Positions 1 to 10,010 of a DNA stretch of 64,000 nt are shown here, one piece after another. Where the stretch lies: assembly GCA_021151835.1 (NCBI GenBank), contig JAGKWO010000007.1, positions 7,064 to 71,063 on the forward strand. The letters are read 5' to 3'. Below the pieces are notes generated by a model. The model did not search any database and was not told where the DNA came from. It saw only the letters and a program-made list of their open reading frames with translations. This DNA comes from Gammaproteobacteria bacterium. Its GTDB lineage: Bacteria > Pseudomonadota > Gammaproteobacteria > Pseudomonadales > Cellvibrionaceae. The first letter of the stretch is position 1, and the number at the start of each line of letters is the position of its first letter. The translations under genes were made by a program, and so were the position numbers.

Positions 1-219
1 TTTATTGACGGTGGCCACAGTATCGAGGCCGCACTAAACGATTATCGCTGCTGGGCGCCGCACGTAAAGCGCGGTGGTTGGCTGGCGATCCACGATGTAT
101 TTCCCAATCCCGCCGACGGTGGTCGCCCACCCTATGAAATCTGGAAGCTTGCGCAAGAATCGGGATTATTCGAGGCTTTGCCGTTAATAAAAACGCTGGG
201 CTTATTGAAACGTTTGTAA
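1..219 (+). CDS. Class I SAM-dependent methyltransferase (Methyltransf_24-like), 5'-truncated by window edge
   Basis: Frame 1 reads FIDGGHSIEAALNDYRCWAPHVKRGGWLAIHDVF...KRL*; the FIDGxH and GGxxxxHD motifs are typical of this family. Not in the ORF track. Confidence 0.75.
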   Translation, partial: FIDGGHSIEAALNDYRCWAPHVKRGGWLAIHDVFPNPADGGRPPYEIWKLAQESGLFEALPLIKTLGLLKRL

Positions 220-248
220 TTTTTTTGCTGTTTAATATCGAGTAATTT

Positions 249-1628
249 ATGTCTGAATCCCTGTTATTTTCTTCACTGCCATTGAGTGATGCGATGCTCG
301 CCAATCTGGAATCACTTGAATATAAGGAGATGACGCAAATACAGGCCGAAAGTTTGCCGATTATCCTGCGCGGCGCCGATATTATCGCGCAAGCAAAAAC
401 CGGGAGCGGAAAAACGGCCGCGTTTGGCATCGCACTACTGGAAAAATTAAATGTGCGTTTTTTCGGTACCCAGGCGTTGGTGCTTTGCCCTACGCGCGAG
501 TTGGCCGATCAGGTCGCAAAGGAAATTCGCCGGCTGGCGCGCCTCACACACAACGTAAAAATTCTAACGCTCTGCGGTGGTGTTTCCATCGGTCCACAAA
601 TCGGTTCACTTGAACGTGGTGCACATATTGTTGTGGGGACACCGGGGCGAATCGTGGATCACATCAACAAAGGCACATTGAAGCTGGATAGTTTGAACCA
701 CCTGGTGCTGGATGAAGCAGACCGCATGCTGGAAATGGGGTTTGCCGATGATATCGATACTGTGCTTGCCGCCTGTAATGAAAATCGCCAGACATTATTA
801 TTTTCCGCAACTTATCCCGATAACATTAAAAAGATCAGTGCACGTTGCCAGCGCGATCCCCACATGGTGGTGGTGGAAACTATTCACGACCAGCAAAAAA
901 TTGAACAGCATTTTTACGAATTACGTGAGAGCAATGAAACACATCCTGCAGTATTAACATTGCTGGCCCATTTCCAACCAGCCAGTTCCATTGCATTTTG
1001 CAACACTAAACAAGGTTGTGATGAATTATTAACGTATTTGCGTGATGAAGGTGTCGAAGCGTTGGCATTGCACGGTGATATGGAACAGCGCGAGCGCGAT
1101 CAGGTCTTGGTGCGTTTTGCCAATAAAAGTTGCCCGGTATTAATCGCCACCGATGTTGCTGCGCGCGGTATTGACATAAAAGGCCTTGATGCAGTGATCA
1201 ATGTGGATCTGGCACGCGACAGTGAGGTGCATGTCCATCGCATTGGCCGCACCGGGCGTGCCGGTGCCTCTGGCCTCGCTTTGAACCTGGTGGTACAAAA
1301 AGAAGTACACAAAATCAATCGCCTTGAAGATTACATGGGGCAATCCATTAACCTTGAGGCCTTGCCGCACAGCGATAAAAAATCGTTACCGTCACCGGCA
1401 ATGGTAACGCTGAATATTGATGGTGGAAAAAAAGATAAATTGCGTCCCGGTGATATTATTGGCGCGTTAACCAAAGACGCTGGCTTGCCCTTTGAAAAGA
1501 TTGGCAAGATCGATATATTTGATTTTGCGGCGTATGTGGCGGTGGATAAAAGTATTGCGCGTGCAGCGTTGCAGCAGCTATCGGATGGCAAATTAAAGGG
1601 CAGGAAATTCAGGGCGAGAAAGCTCTGA
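249..1628 (+). CDS. dbpA: ATP-dependent RNA helicase DbpA
   Basis: Q motif, AKTGSGKT, PTRELA, DEAD, SAT and HRIGRTGRAG motifs; C-terminal DbpA RNA-binding domain (GGKKDKLRPGDIIGAL). Confidence 0.95.
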   Translation: MSESLLFSSLPLSDAMLANLESLEYKEMTQIQAESLPIILRGADIIAQAKTGSGKTAAFGIALLEKLNVRFFGTQALVLCPTRELADQVAKEIRRLARLTHNVKILTLCGGVSIGPQIGSLERGAHIVVGTPGRIVDHINKGTLKLDSLNHLVLDEADRMLEMGFADDIDTVLAACNENRQTLLFSATYPDNIKKISARCQRDPHMVVVETIHDQQKIEQHFYELRESNETHPAVLTLLAHFQPASSIAFCNTKQGCDELLTYLRDEGVEALALHGDMEQRERDQVLVRFANKSCPVLIATDVAARGIDIKGLDAVINVDLARDSEVHVHRIGRTGRAGASGLALNLVVQKEVHKINRLEDYMGQSINLEALPHSDKKSLPSPAMVTLNIDGGKKDKLRPGDIIGALTKDAGLPFEKIGKIDIFDFAAYVAVDKSIARAALQQLSDGKLKGRKFRARKL

Positions 1629-1651
1629 TCGACAAAGCTACAATCGGGGAA

Positions 1652-1687
1652 GATTTAATCGAGGATTTAATCGAAGTTTTAATCGAA
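1652..1687. repeat. Three-copy 12-bp tandem repeat
   Basis: gatttaatcgag / gatttaatcgaa / gttttaatcgaa immediately downstream of dbpA. Confidence 0.8.
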
Positions 1688-1869
1688 AAAGTTCCTATGA
1701 ATAGCCAGGCGTTAAATACTGTTAAATTTAAAACATAATAACTATTTTTTCTTATCCTGAGCCTGACGCTGAGGGCCTGACTTCATATTACTTCGTGCCA
1801 AAAAAACAGTAATGAAGCCAGGCTCGATTTTCACATATAAAAATTATTAAAAAATAAAAAGGAAAGACC

Positions 1870-3183
1870 ATGGCTATAGCTGCAGTTATTATTGCAATCC
1901 TGATTCTGGTGGTGTTGATCACCGGGGTAAAGCTCAACCCGTTTCTTGCGTTTCTGGTTTCCTCCATTTGCGCGGCCATTATGCTGGGTATTCCGCTGGA
2001 TAAAATTCCCGGAACTATCGAAACCGGAATTGGCAGCATGCTTGGCTCGCTGGCAATTATTTTGTGCCTTGGCGCGATGTTTGGAAAACTGGTGGCCGAA
2101 TCCGGTGCGGCGCAGCAAATCAGTAGCAGTTTAATGCGCTGGTGCGGAAAAAATTACATCACCTGGGCATTAATGTTAACGGGATTTATTGTTGGCATTC
2201 CGTTGTTTTATAACGTGGGTTTCGTGTTGTTAGTGCCGCTGGTTTTTTCAGTCATGCACCAAACCAAATTACCTGCGGTTTACCTGGGTATTGCATTGCT
2301 TGCACCGCTGTCAGTGACGCATGGTTTTTTGCCACCCCATCCATCGCCGGTTGCATTGATTCCGCAATTTGGTGCAGATATGGGTACCACGTTGTTCTAC
2401 GGTTTTTTAGTGGCAATTCCGACAATGATTATTGCCGGGCCCATTTTTTCTTCGACATTAAAAAACATCCATAGTGTTCCGCTCGCTACCTTTAAACCAA
2501 CCGATTTGCCAATAGAAAAATTACCTGGAATCGCCAATAGTTTTATCACGGCGTTATTGCCGGTGTTATTAATCGCGCTTAGCAGTATTGCGGTTTACGC
2601 TATGCCTGCTGCAATTGCGGAGGCTCCCGCAACCAAATTTTTCAGCAATTCCATGTTGGTGCTGATGGTTGCTTTAGCGATTGCCACCTTTTCATTGGGC
2701 GTAAAGCAAGGAATGACGATCAGTAAGGTGATGACTATTTATGGTGATGCGATAAAAGATATTGCTGTTATTTTATTAATCGTTGCCGGTGCGGGTGCAT
2801 TAAAACAGGTAATGGTTGTCAGTGGTGTCAGCGAACAGCTTGCGCATTCCCTGGAAAATATTGCGATTAATCCACTTATTCTGGCGTGGTTAATTGCAAC
2901 GGTAATCCGCATCGCGCTGGGCTCGGCAACTGTTGCCGGTTTAACGGCCGCCGGGATTGTTGCACCAATTATTCCGCTAACCGGCGCCGATCCCAATTTA
3001 ATGGTGTTAGCAATTGGTGCCGGCAGCTTGATGTGTTCGCACGTGAATGATTCGGGCTTCTGGATGTACAAGGAATATTTTAATTTAAGTTTGAAAGATA
3101 CATTTAAATCCTGGTCGTTAATGGAAACAATTATTGGTGTAGCTGGACTAGCCGGCGTTTTAATATTAGATGTCTTTGTGTAA
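1870..3183 (+). CDS. GntP-family gluconate:H+ symporter
   Basis: Polytopic membrane protein with HGFLPPHPSP, ALGSATVA and SHVNDSGFW GntP motifs. Confidence 0.9.
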   Translation: MAIAAVIIAILILVVLITGVKLNPFLAFLVSSICAAIMLGIPLDKIPGTIETGIGSMLGSLAIILCLGAMFGKLVAESGAAQQISSSLMRWCGKNYITWALMLTGFIVGIPLFYNVGFVLLVPLVFSVMHQTKLPAVYLGIALLAPLSVTHGFLPPHPSPVALIPQFGADMGTTLFYGFLVAIPTMIIAGPIFSSTLKNIHSVPLATFKPTDLPIEKLPGIANSFITALLPVLLIALSSIAVYAMPAAIAEAPATKFFSNSMLVLMVALAIATFSLGVKQGMTISKVMTIYGDAIKDIAVILLIVAGAGALKQVMVVSGVSEQLAHSLENIAINPLILAWLIATVIRIALGSATVAGLTAAGIVAPIIPLTGADPNLMVLAIGAGSLMCSHVNDSGFWMYKEYFNLSLKDTFKSWSLMETIIGVAGLAGVLILDVFV

Positions 3184-3185
3184 AC

Positions 3186-4421
3186 CTAGTGCGCAAGTTT
3201 GCGCGAGGTCAACAATTTGCTCACCCTGCCCACTAAAAATACGCACAGAATAAAAATGCCTATCGCGATGTAACCGAGCAAATCAAAGTGTTGTAGTGGG
3301 CTGTGGGCATCTTGCTGGACTATTACCAATCCTGCGATAAATGCACCCAGGCCACCGGCAATTTGTTGCAATGAACTGGATATCGCCATATAAGCACCGC
3401 GGTCTTCCGGTTTTGCTACCATGGAGTTGAGTGCCATCGCCGGAGTCATACGGCAGAGGATAAATGTAAACATCAGCAGGTTAATAAGGATGACCAACCA
3501 GAGTGGTGTAGCAGACATATGGGTATAGAAAAACACCATCACTATTGCGCCAACTGAACCAATGGTAAAAATTGTGTAGCGATCATAGCGATCCGAAAAT
3601 TTGCCCATCAATGGCATTACCGCTAATGAGAGCAAACCTGTACTTAAATAAATCAGCGGCAATTGTTCGGCGGTGACTTGTACGTTGTTAATTAAAAACG
3701 GCGCGGTGAAGGGCATCAACATAAAGCCGCCGATTGTTAAAAACATCACGGCGGCAAATCCGGTTCGATAATCCGCTTGGGATAATACCTTCACAAAATG
3801 TGCAAAAGGATTGTTATGTTGTTGCTGCGCCAAATGCCCGGTTACTGGCTGCAAGATTATTCCTGTCGCTACCAAAATGCCCAGGGTTAAAATGACGATT
3901 GCGATAAAACTGAATTCCCAACCCACATGGGTTGCAATGAAAAGGCTCAGTGGAATCCCTACTACCTGACTAACACCAAAACCCATTTGCACAACACCCA
4001 TGGCACGTCCACGTTGTTGTGGTGCAAATATATCGATCACGAGCGTAAACAATGTTGCACTGGAAACACCGGCAAAAACACCGGTGACAATGCGCGCACC
4101 AACTAATTGCCAATAATTATGGCTCAGTGCGCACGCCAGGGTTCCGAGAATAAAACCGCTAAAAAACCACAGGAATAATTTTTTGCGATCAAATTTATCC
4201 ATAAAACCCGCAGCCACTATCCCGGCGATGGCAGCGCTAAATGCATAGGCAGAAACTACCAATCCAAATTGGGTGGTATTAATTGAAAGGGTTTTCATCA
4301 GGATGTCGCCGATGGGCGAAATAATCATAAAATCCAGGATGATGCTGAATTGGATCAATGCCATTAAGAGCAAAATCCGTTTTTGATAGGTAGTGAATGG
4401 GTGTAAAACAGCGTGGTTCAT
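3186..4421 (-). CDS. MFS transporter (drug/H+ antiporter-like)
   Basis: About 12 TM segments, MDKFDRKK motif A, GARIVTG. ATG at 4421 preferred over the TTG at 4448. Confidence 0.85.
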   Translation of the reverse strand: MNHAVLHPFTTYQKRILLLMALIQFSIILDFMIISPIGDILMKTLSINTTQFGLVVSAYAFSAAIAGIVAAGFMDKFDRKKLFLWFFSGFILGTLACALSHNYWQLVGARIVTGVFAGVSSATLFTLVIDIFAPQQRGRAMGVVQMGFGVSQVVGIPLSLFIATHVGWEFSFIAIVILTLGILVATGIILQPVTGHLAQQQHNNPFAHFVKVLSQADYRTGFAAVMFLTIGGFMLMPFTAPFLINNVQVTAEQLPLIYLSTGLLSLAVMPLMGKFSDRYDRYTIFTIGSVGAIVMVFFYTHMSATPLWLVILINLLMFTFILCRMTPAMALNSMVAKPEDRGAYMAISSSLQQIAGGLGAFIAGLVIVQQDAHSPLQHFDLLGYIAIGIFILCVFLVGRVSKLLTSRKLAH

Positions 4422-4709
4422 AAATGGCTCATTAAATAGCTGGCGCAATACAAGTGGACAGACAAGTTTAATCCGAACATTAGAAAAATAATGATCAGTA
4501 GCACAGGATTTTCATAACTGTCCGTGTTTTTTGTTTGCGTAGTCTGGTTGTGATCTTCTGGAGTACAGGAAAATGCATGTGGGCGCCTGTTGCCTGATGC
4601 CAATTTGAACAGGGGTGTGTCATTGGCACGGCAGTCGGGCAGAGTCAGTGGTTTGGGGTGAGTTAAACCGGGCATCAGGCTTCCTCCAGGTATGGAAGAT
4701 AGCCTACTG

Positions 4710-5456
4710 TTATTTCAAAACTGATAATTGTATAAATCGGTCATCCTGATTCTTATATAACTGTTTTGGCGTGTGGCCAGAATATTTCTTAATTTCCTTT
4801 ATAAAGTGTGATTGGTCAGCAAAGTTACTTTCGGGAAAAAGTTTTCCTGTTTTCAGCATGGGAAATGAAGCGCGAAACCGGAGAATGGAACTGTAAGCCT
4901 TCACTGAAAGTCCGAGCCATTGGTTAAAGTAACGATTGATCTGGCGGCTACTCCAATTGCAAAGCCCGGCTAACTCTGTGACGCTGATGTGCCCCTGGCT
5001 TTGCTGTAAAGCCGAAAATATTTTCAGCTTGCGCGGATCTACATTGGTTATGTCGAGCTGCGCTAATTGTGCATGGATTTTATCTTTAAAAAGCTCAAAG
5101 TCTTCAGTGTCTTGCTCGGTAATATCCCAGAAACCCTGTTCGAGGTTGGCCCGGCCATCAATTAATTTGCTTAACGGGATTTGGAATAGATATTCGGCTG
5201 CCAAAGGATAAAAACAAATCCCGTAAACACGGGACCCAGCGTTAATTTCCGTGCTTGATGCTTGTTTATCTATACCGGCCAGGGACGTTTGGAATGGCTC
5301 GCCCGGAATGCTAAAAAAATGAATATCTATACGCCCGTCTGGTAATACGACAATAGGTTTGTTTTGCATATCCCTATTTTCAACCATCCAGATACTTTCA
5401 ACCCAGGTTGCATATTTGTCGGGTACCGGTTGATAGTGATGGATAATATTTTCCAT
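4710..5456 (-). CDS. AraC-family transcriptional regulator (DUF6597-like N-terminus)
   Basis: VLPDGRIDI at the N-terminus; C-terminal HTH with FADQSHFIKEIKKYSGHTP. Confidence 0.85.
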   Translation of the reverse strand: MENIIHHYQPVPDKYATWVESIWMVENRDMQNKPIVVLPDGRIDIHFFSIPGEPFQTSLAGIDKQASSTEINAGSRVYGICFYPLAAEYLFQIPLSKLIDGRANLEQGFWDITEQDTEDFELFKDKIHAQLAQLDITNVDPRKLKIFSALQQSQGHISVTELAGLCNWSSRQINRYFNQWLGLSVKAYSSILRFRASFPMLKTGKLFPESNFADQSHFIKEIKKYSGHTPKQLYKNQDDRFIQLSVLK

Positions 5457-5503
5457 TGTCGGATTACTCTTAACGCCAAACTACAGCGTCTGGTGTAACA
5501 GAA

Positions 5504-6409
5504 TTAATGCAATACATTGCCGCCCAATAGTTTGCGCACTTCATCGGCAGCAAAATAATAGTGTTGATTGCAAAATTGGCAATCGATATCAATGCGGCCT
5601 TTTTCGATTAATAATTCTTCCACTTCTTCTTTGCCAATAGTTAACAATGCACTGGCGCAACGCTCTTTGGAGCAACTGCAGGAAAAGCGCAGTTTCTTGG
5701 GTTCAAAAATGCGCACAGGTTGCTCGTTGAATAAACGGTAAAGCACTGTAGCATGATCCAGTTCCAGCAATTCTTCCGGTGTAATCGTCTCGGCCAGGGT
5801 AATAATGGTTTCCCATTTATCGCGGTTATCGTCGGGATTGGTATTTAATTGTTGCGGTAATGCCTGAATTAAAAAGCCCGTCGCCGTGTGGTCATCTGCT
5901 GCAAACCATAACCGTGTGGCCAGTTGTTCCGATTGCTGGAAATAATGTTCCAGGCAACCAGCCAGGTTTTCGGCATCCATGGGTACTATGCCCTGGTAAC
6001 GCTCAAGCTTGCCGCCGAAATTTTCGGTGCGCTGCGGTTCGATACTGATTACCAGCACGCCATTTCCCAGCAGTTGTTGCATGCTCCCGCGTAACGCTAG
6101 TTCTTCAGTTAATTCCACCTCATCATTAAGGCGTACTATCCCGCGCAAATCATTGTGGTGATTGCATTCGGCCATAATGGTAGAGATCAAGCCATCCCCG
6201 CGCGCTTGCAAAATAATCCGGCCATCAAATTTTAGTGTGCTGGAGAGCAAGCCAACAGCGGCGAGAAATTCACCCAGCAATTGGCGAATGGCGGGCACTT
6301 GCTGGTTGTGGCTGAGTACTTCGCGATAGCTGTCGCCGAGTGTGACTATCTCGCCGCGAATATCACAGTCATCAAATAAAAAACGGTGCAGTAAATCATT
6401 GCTTGACAT
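5504..6409 (-). CDS. hslO: Hsp33 redox-regulated chaperone
   Basis: YFQQSEQLAT motif and the CSCS...CQFC zinc-binding motif. Confidence 0.95.
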   Translation of the reverse strand: MSSNDLLHRFLFDDCDIRGEIVTLGDSYREVLSHNQQVPAIRQLLGEFLAAVGLLSSTLKFDGRIILQARGDGLISTIMAECNHHNDLRGIVRLNDEVELTEELALRGSMQQLLGNGVLVISIEPQRTENFGGKLERYQGIVPMDAENLAGCLEHYFQQSEQLATRLWFAADDHTATGFLIQALPQQLNTNPDDNRDKWETIITLAETITPEELLELDHATVLYRLFNEQPVRIFEPKKLRFSCSCSKERCASALLTIGKEEVEELLIEKGRIDIDCQFCNQHYYFAADEVRKLLGGNVLH

Positions 6410-6430
6410 AAAAAACCTTTAAAAATAAAT

Positions 6431-6883
6431 CTACGGACTACAATACGTCTGAATATCCTGTTTGAGCTCAGCAACCATTTGCTGGCGCTCTTTTTCGGTT
6501 ACCTTAATGGCCCGGTGTTGCGCATCGGTAAAAACAACATAGCCACTAATGTCTTCCAGTTTTTTCCGTGCCTGTTCGCAATTTGAGTGATTCAGCTCGG
6601 CTAATTTTTCTTTATATTCCTGTTGCCTTTTCTGTTCCTGCTGTTGTTGTTCCCGCCGGTCTTTTTCTTCCTGTTCACGCATCGCTGCTATTTTTTGAAT
6701 TTCACCACTACTGGTATCAATGTTTTGTGTCTTTACATCGTTAGTGATGTTTTCCGCTGCGGGCGAGGATTTCCTGTCGGTGAAATGAACCTTCCCGTCT
6801 TTATCAACCCAGCGATAAATTTCCGCGGTGCTGTTAAATGAAAGTGTAAATACACTAAATAGTAACAATATGCGTACATCCAT
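6431..6883 (-). CDS. DUF4124-domain exported protein
   Basis: Signal peptide, then IYRWVDKDGKVHFTD, then a coiled coil. Confidence 0.85.
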   Translation of the reverse strand: MDVRILLLFSVFTLSFNSTAEIYRWVDKDGKVHFTDRKSSPAAENITNDVKTQNIDTSSGEIQKIAAMREQEEKDRREQQQQEQKRQQEYKEKLAELNHSNCEQARKKLEDISGYVVFTDAQHRAIKVTEKERQQMVAELKQDIQTYCSP

Positions 6884-6900
6884 GATTTTTTCCTTAACAA

Positions 6901-7329
6901 TTAATCATCTGATCCCAATAGATTGATCCGTTGAAAGCGGTGAATATGGCGGCGTTCTTTTTTGTTGGGTTTGTGATCGCTGACAATAAAGGCGCCCAGG
7001 CCAGCTTTGCGTTCTGCGGCGCGTTTTTCACGCAGTTCTTTGCTCGCTTCTGTTTCTTCATAAAGCAAGATGGCTTCCGGTGCTCCCCGGCGCTGGTCGG
7101 ACAACGCTTTGATAATGATGGTTTTTTCATCCCAGTTTTGGCGAATAGTTAATTCCATCCCAACCAGAGCCTCCTTGCTGGGTTTTACACGTTGACCATT
7201 GCAATGTACTTTACCGCCGTCGATTGCTTCCTTAGCGAGGTTGCGCGTTTTAAAAAAGCGCGCGGCCCATAACCATTTGTCGATGCGAACCTTATCGTCA
7301 TCGTCTTCTTCAATGATTTGCTTAGCCAT
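6901..7329 (-). CDS. hslR: Ribosome-associated heat shock protein Hsp15
   Basis: RIDKWLWAARFFKTR S4 domain; C-terminal PNKKERR. Confidence 0.95.
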   Translation of the reverse strand: MAKQIIEEDDDDKVRIDKWLWAARFFKTRNLAKEAIDGGKVHCNGQRVKPSKEALVGMELTIRQNWDEKTIIIKALSDQRRGAPEAILLYEETEASKELREKRAAERKAGLGAFIVSDHKPNKKERRHIHRFQRINLLGSDD

Positions 7330-7337
7330 TTATTTCA

Positions 7338-8015
7338 TTACCCATGAACAATTGCATCATCTTTCAGTGGCGGCATTATTTCATCAAAATGATAGATTGC
7401 AGGATGCTGTTCCATGCGGCGCTGGATTTGGCTATCCGGTTGGTGAATGCCCAGTACATAACGGATGCCAAACGTTTGCGCTGAATCCAGGATGCGTGCA
7501 GTGTCATCAATAAATAAGGTGCGTGCCGGATCAAAATGTTCTGCGGCTTGCAATTGTTGCCAGAATTTTTGCGACTCTTTGGGTTCATTGAATTGGTGCG
7601 AAGAAATGATCACATCCAGCCACTGGTCAATTTGCGTGACTTCCAGTTTTAGCGACAAGCTTTGCGGATGTGCATTGGTCACCAGCAATACTTTTTTGCC
7701 CAGTTTGCGCAGGCGCGTTAAAAATTCCCCAACGTAAGGGCGAATCTGGATTTTGTGCCGGATTTCCTCTTTCAGGCTACGGATATCCACATCCAACGCC
7801 CGGGACCAAAAATCCAGGCAATACCATTGCAAGGTGCCTTCATGCTGGCGGATGTCGCCGCTCAATTTTTGCCGGGCGGCGGCCAGGTCCACGTTGTGGA
7901 TTTGCGCATAGCGGCGGGGCAGGTGATCCAGCCAGAAATGGTTGTCGAAATGGAGGTCCAACAAAGTGCCATCCATATCCAACATGACTGTATCTATTGA
8001 GTCCCAATTAATCAT
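7338..8015 (-). CDS. yrfG: GMP/IMP nucleotidase (HAD family)
   Basis: LDMDGTLLDLHFDNHFW motif; conserved synteny with hslR and nudE. Confidence 0.92.
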   Translation of the reverse strand: MINWDSIDTVMLDMDGTLLDLHFDNHFWLDHLPRRYAQIHNVDLAAARQKLSGDIRQHEGTLQWYCLDFWSRALDVDIRSLKEEIRHKIQIRPYVGEFLTRLRKLGKKVLLVTNAHPQSLSLKLEVTQIDQWLDVIISSHQFNEPKESQKFWQQLQAAEHFDPARTLFIDDTARILDSAQTFGIRYVLGIHQPDSQIQRRMEQHPAIYHFDEIMPPLKDDAIVHG

Positions 8016-8057
8016 AAAATCATCTCTACCACGATTTTCCTAGCCTAAAGACATCTT

Positions 8058-8633
8058 ATGCCTGTTAAGCCCAGTATTCTAAAACGCGCTACTGTGGCGC
8101 GTAGCCGGTTGTTTCGCGCCGATGAAATCCACCTGCGTTTCAGCAACGGCGAAGAGCGCACCTACGAAAAACTTTGCTCCGGCGGCGGGCCGGGTGCGGT
8201 GCTTATTGTACCCTTGCTCGATGCGGATACGGTGCTTTTAGTACGTGAATATGCGGTCGGATTGGAGGATTACCACCTTGCGCTGCCAAAAGGTGCGATT
8301 GACCAGGGGGAAACCTTGCTGGATGCGGCCAATCGGGAATTAAAAGAGGAGGCAGGCTACGGCGCGCGCAACCTGAAATTCCTCAAACGCATCCATCTTT
8401 CTCCGTCTTATATGGAACACGGTATTAATATTGTGATCGCCTGGGATTTATACCCGGAGCGCTTGCAAGGCGACGAACCCGAGCCGATTGAAGTGGTTCC
8501 CTATCCATTGGCGGACCTGATGCAATTGATCGCGCGCCCCGATGTCTGTGAGGGCCGGAGCATTGCGGCGTTATTTATGGCGCGTGAGTGGTTGGCCGGC
8601 AATTTTATTGATGTTTCCGCTCCAGTTACCTAG
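8058..8633 (+). CDS. nudE: ADP compounds hydrolase NudE
   Basis: Nudix box GAIDQGETLLDAANRELKEEAG; FSNGEERTYE; GDEPEPIEV. Confidence 0.93.
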   Translation: MPVKPSILKRATVARSRLFRADEIHLRFSNGEERTYEKLCSGGGPGAVLIVPLLDADTVLLVREYAVGLEDYHLALPKGAIDQGETLLDAANRELKEEAGYGARNLKFLKRIHLSPSYMEHGINIVIAWDLYPERLQGDEPEPIEVVPYPLADLMQLIARPDVCEGRSIAALFMAREWLAGNFIDVSAPVT

Positions 8634-8642
8634 GGATTTTTA

Positions 8643-9533
8643 ATGAGCCATCCTATTAGCCCAGAGTTGATCGAACAGTTGGTTGACCTGTCCCGGCGCG
8701 CCGGCGATGCCATCATGGCTATTTATAGCCATCGCGATAGCTACGAGATCCAGCATAAAACCGATGAATCACCCCTTACCGCCGCAGATCTGGCAGCGAA
8801 CAAGCTGATTGCTGCCGGGTTACCGCAATTGCTGGAATTACCAATTATTTCTGAAGAGGGTGAAATTCCGGATTTCGCTGATCGCAGCCTGTGGGAAAAT
8901 TTTTGGCTGGTAGATCCGCTTGATGGCACCAAGGAGTTTATTGCCGGCAATGGTGAGTTCACTGTGAATATTGCGCTGGTACAACACAATCGCCCGATCC
9001 TGGGCGTCGTACATGTACCTGTGACTGATGTCACTTATCTCGGTGTGCTGGATGCGCGTAACCCGGCTAGTCTTGGCGCATGGAAATATATTCATGGCCG
9101 CGCCCCTGAACGCATCCAGGTGCGCAGTATGAGCGAGCGTTTCACTAACCGTCAGGCATTCACCGTATTGCTAAGCCACCGGCACGGCACCCAGGCGACA
9201 GTGGATTTAATGGAAACGGTAAAATCCCGTTGGCTTGGTGCTATTGAAACAACCAATGCGGGAAGCTCACTGAAATTTTGCGTTATCGCCGAAGGTAACG
9301 CGGATTTTTATCCGCGCCTTGCGCCGACCTCCGAGTGGGATACCGCCGCTGCACAAGCAGTGCTTGAAGCTGCTGGCGGAAAAGTGGTGCAGGCAGAGCC
9401 GGGCACTGGAAATCATTTGCTTTCGTTGCGTTACAACGCGGGCGAGGATTTATTAAATCCGCATTTTTATGCACTGGGTGATAAAAGTTTTTGTTGGGAA
9501 TGGTTGCTCGGCTTAGAAGAGTTAGTTAGTTGA
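8643..9533 (+). CDS. cysQ: 3'(2'),5'-bisphosphate nucleotidase
   Basis: SPLTAAD, WLVDPLDGTKEF, GSSLKFC and EWDTAAAQA motifs. Confidence 0.93.
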   Translation: MSHPISPELIEQLVDLSRRAGDAIMAIYSHRDSYEIQHKTDESPLTAADLAANKLIAAGLPQLLELPIISEEGEIPDFADRSLWENFWLVDPLDGTKEFIAGNGEFTVNIALVQHNRPILGVVHVPVTDVTYLGVLDARNPASLGAWKYIHGRAPERIQVRSMSERFTNRQAFTVLLSHRHGTQATVDLMETVKSRWLGAIETTNAGSSLKFCVIAEGNADFYPRLAPTSEWDTAAAQAVLEAAGGKVVQAEPGTGNHLLSLRYNAGEDLLNPHFYALGDKSFCWEWLLGLEELVS

Positions 9534-9778
9534 GTGGATTGATATTCTGCATTATTCCCGCCTTCATAACATTTCGTGCAAATTGGTCTGCGGCAAAGCG
9601 GCCGGTTTTATAACCAAAGTTATAATTCATAGAGAATAAAATATTCTAATTTGCGTGAACCTTGTACGGATCTATCTGGTCTAGTCTTAAAATCACGGAT
9701 ACCTGTCAGGGCGTCGACAGTACCGTTTTTTGTGGTGGCCAATGATTTTTTCATTGCGCTAATTGTTCTTCTTAAGGA

Positions 9779-10003
9779 GTGTTATTAATGAGAAAGCAAA
9801 ACAAAAATTTGAAGGCTGATTTTAATACCAGCCGTTCCGATTTATTGCGCGATAAATTGTTGCGCGAAATCTCCGATTACGAGCGTCAATTAGCCGAGTT
9901 AAAACTTAACGGCAACCAGGTGAACTTCACCATGATCCAAACCTACAAGGAATTAATCAATGCGCGTCAGGCGATGTTGCGTCGTCTCCCTGTGCATTAT
10001 TAA
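9779..10003 (+). CDS. Small coiled-coil hypothetical protein
   Basis: Strong AAGGAG RBS just upstream (true start may be ATG 9788); helical 74-aa ORF filling the intergenic space. Confidence 0.65.
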   Translation: MLLMRKQNKNLKADFNTSRSDLLRDKLLREISDYERQLAELKLNGNQVNFTMIQTYKELINARQAMLRRLPVHY

Positions 10004-10010
10004 TTTTTAA

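Noticed and set aside
1652-1687. CRISPR array or iterons (also considered for 54427-54471)
   Set aside because: Contiguous 12-15-bp units without spacers, only three copies, and no cas or rep genes.
4418-4675. 85-aa ORF between the AraC and MFS genes
   Set aside because: No motif or clear RBS; more likely the MFS promoter/leader region.
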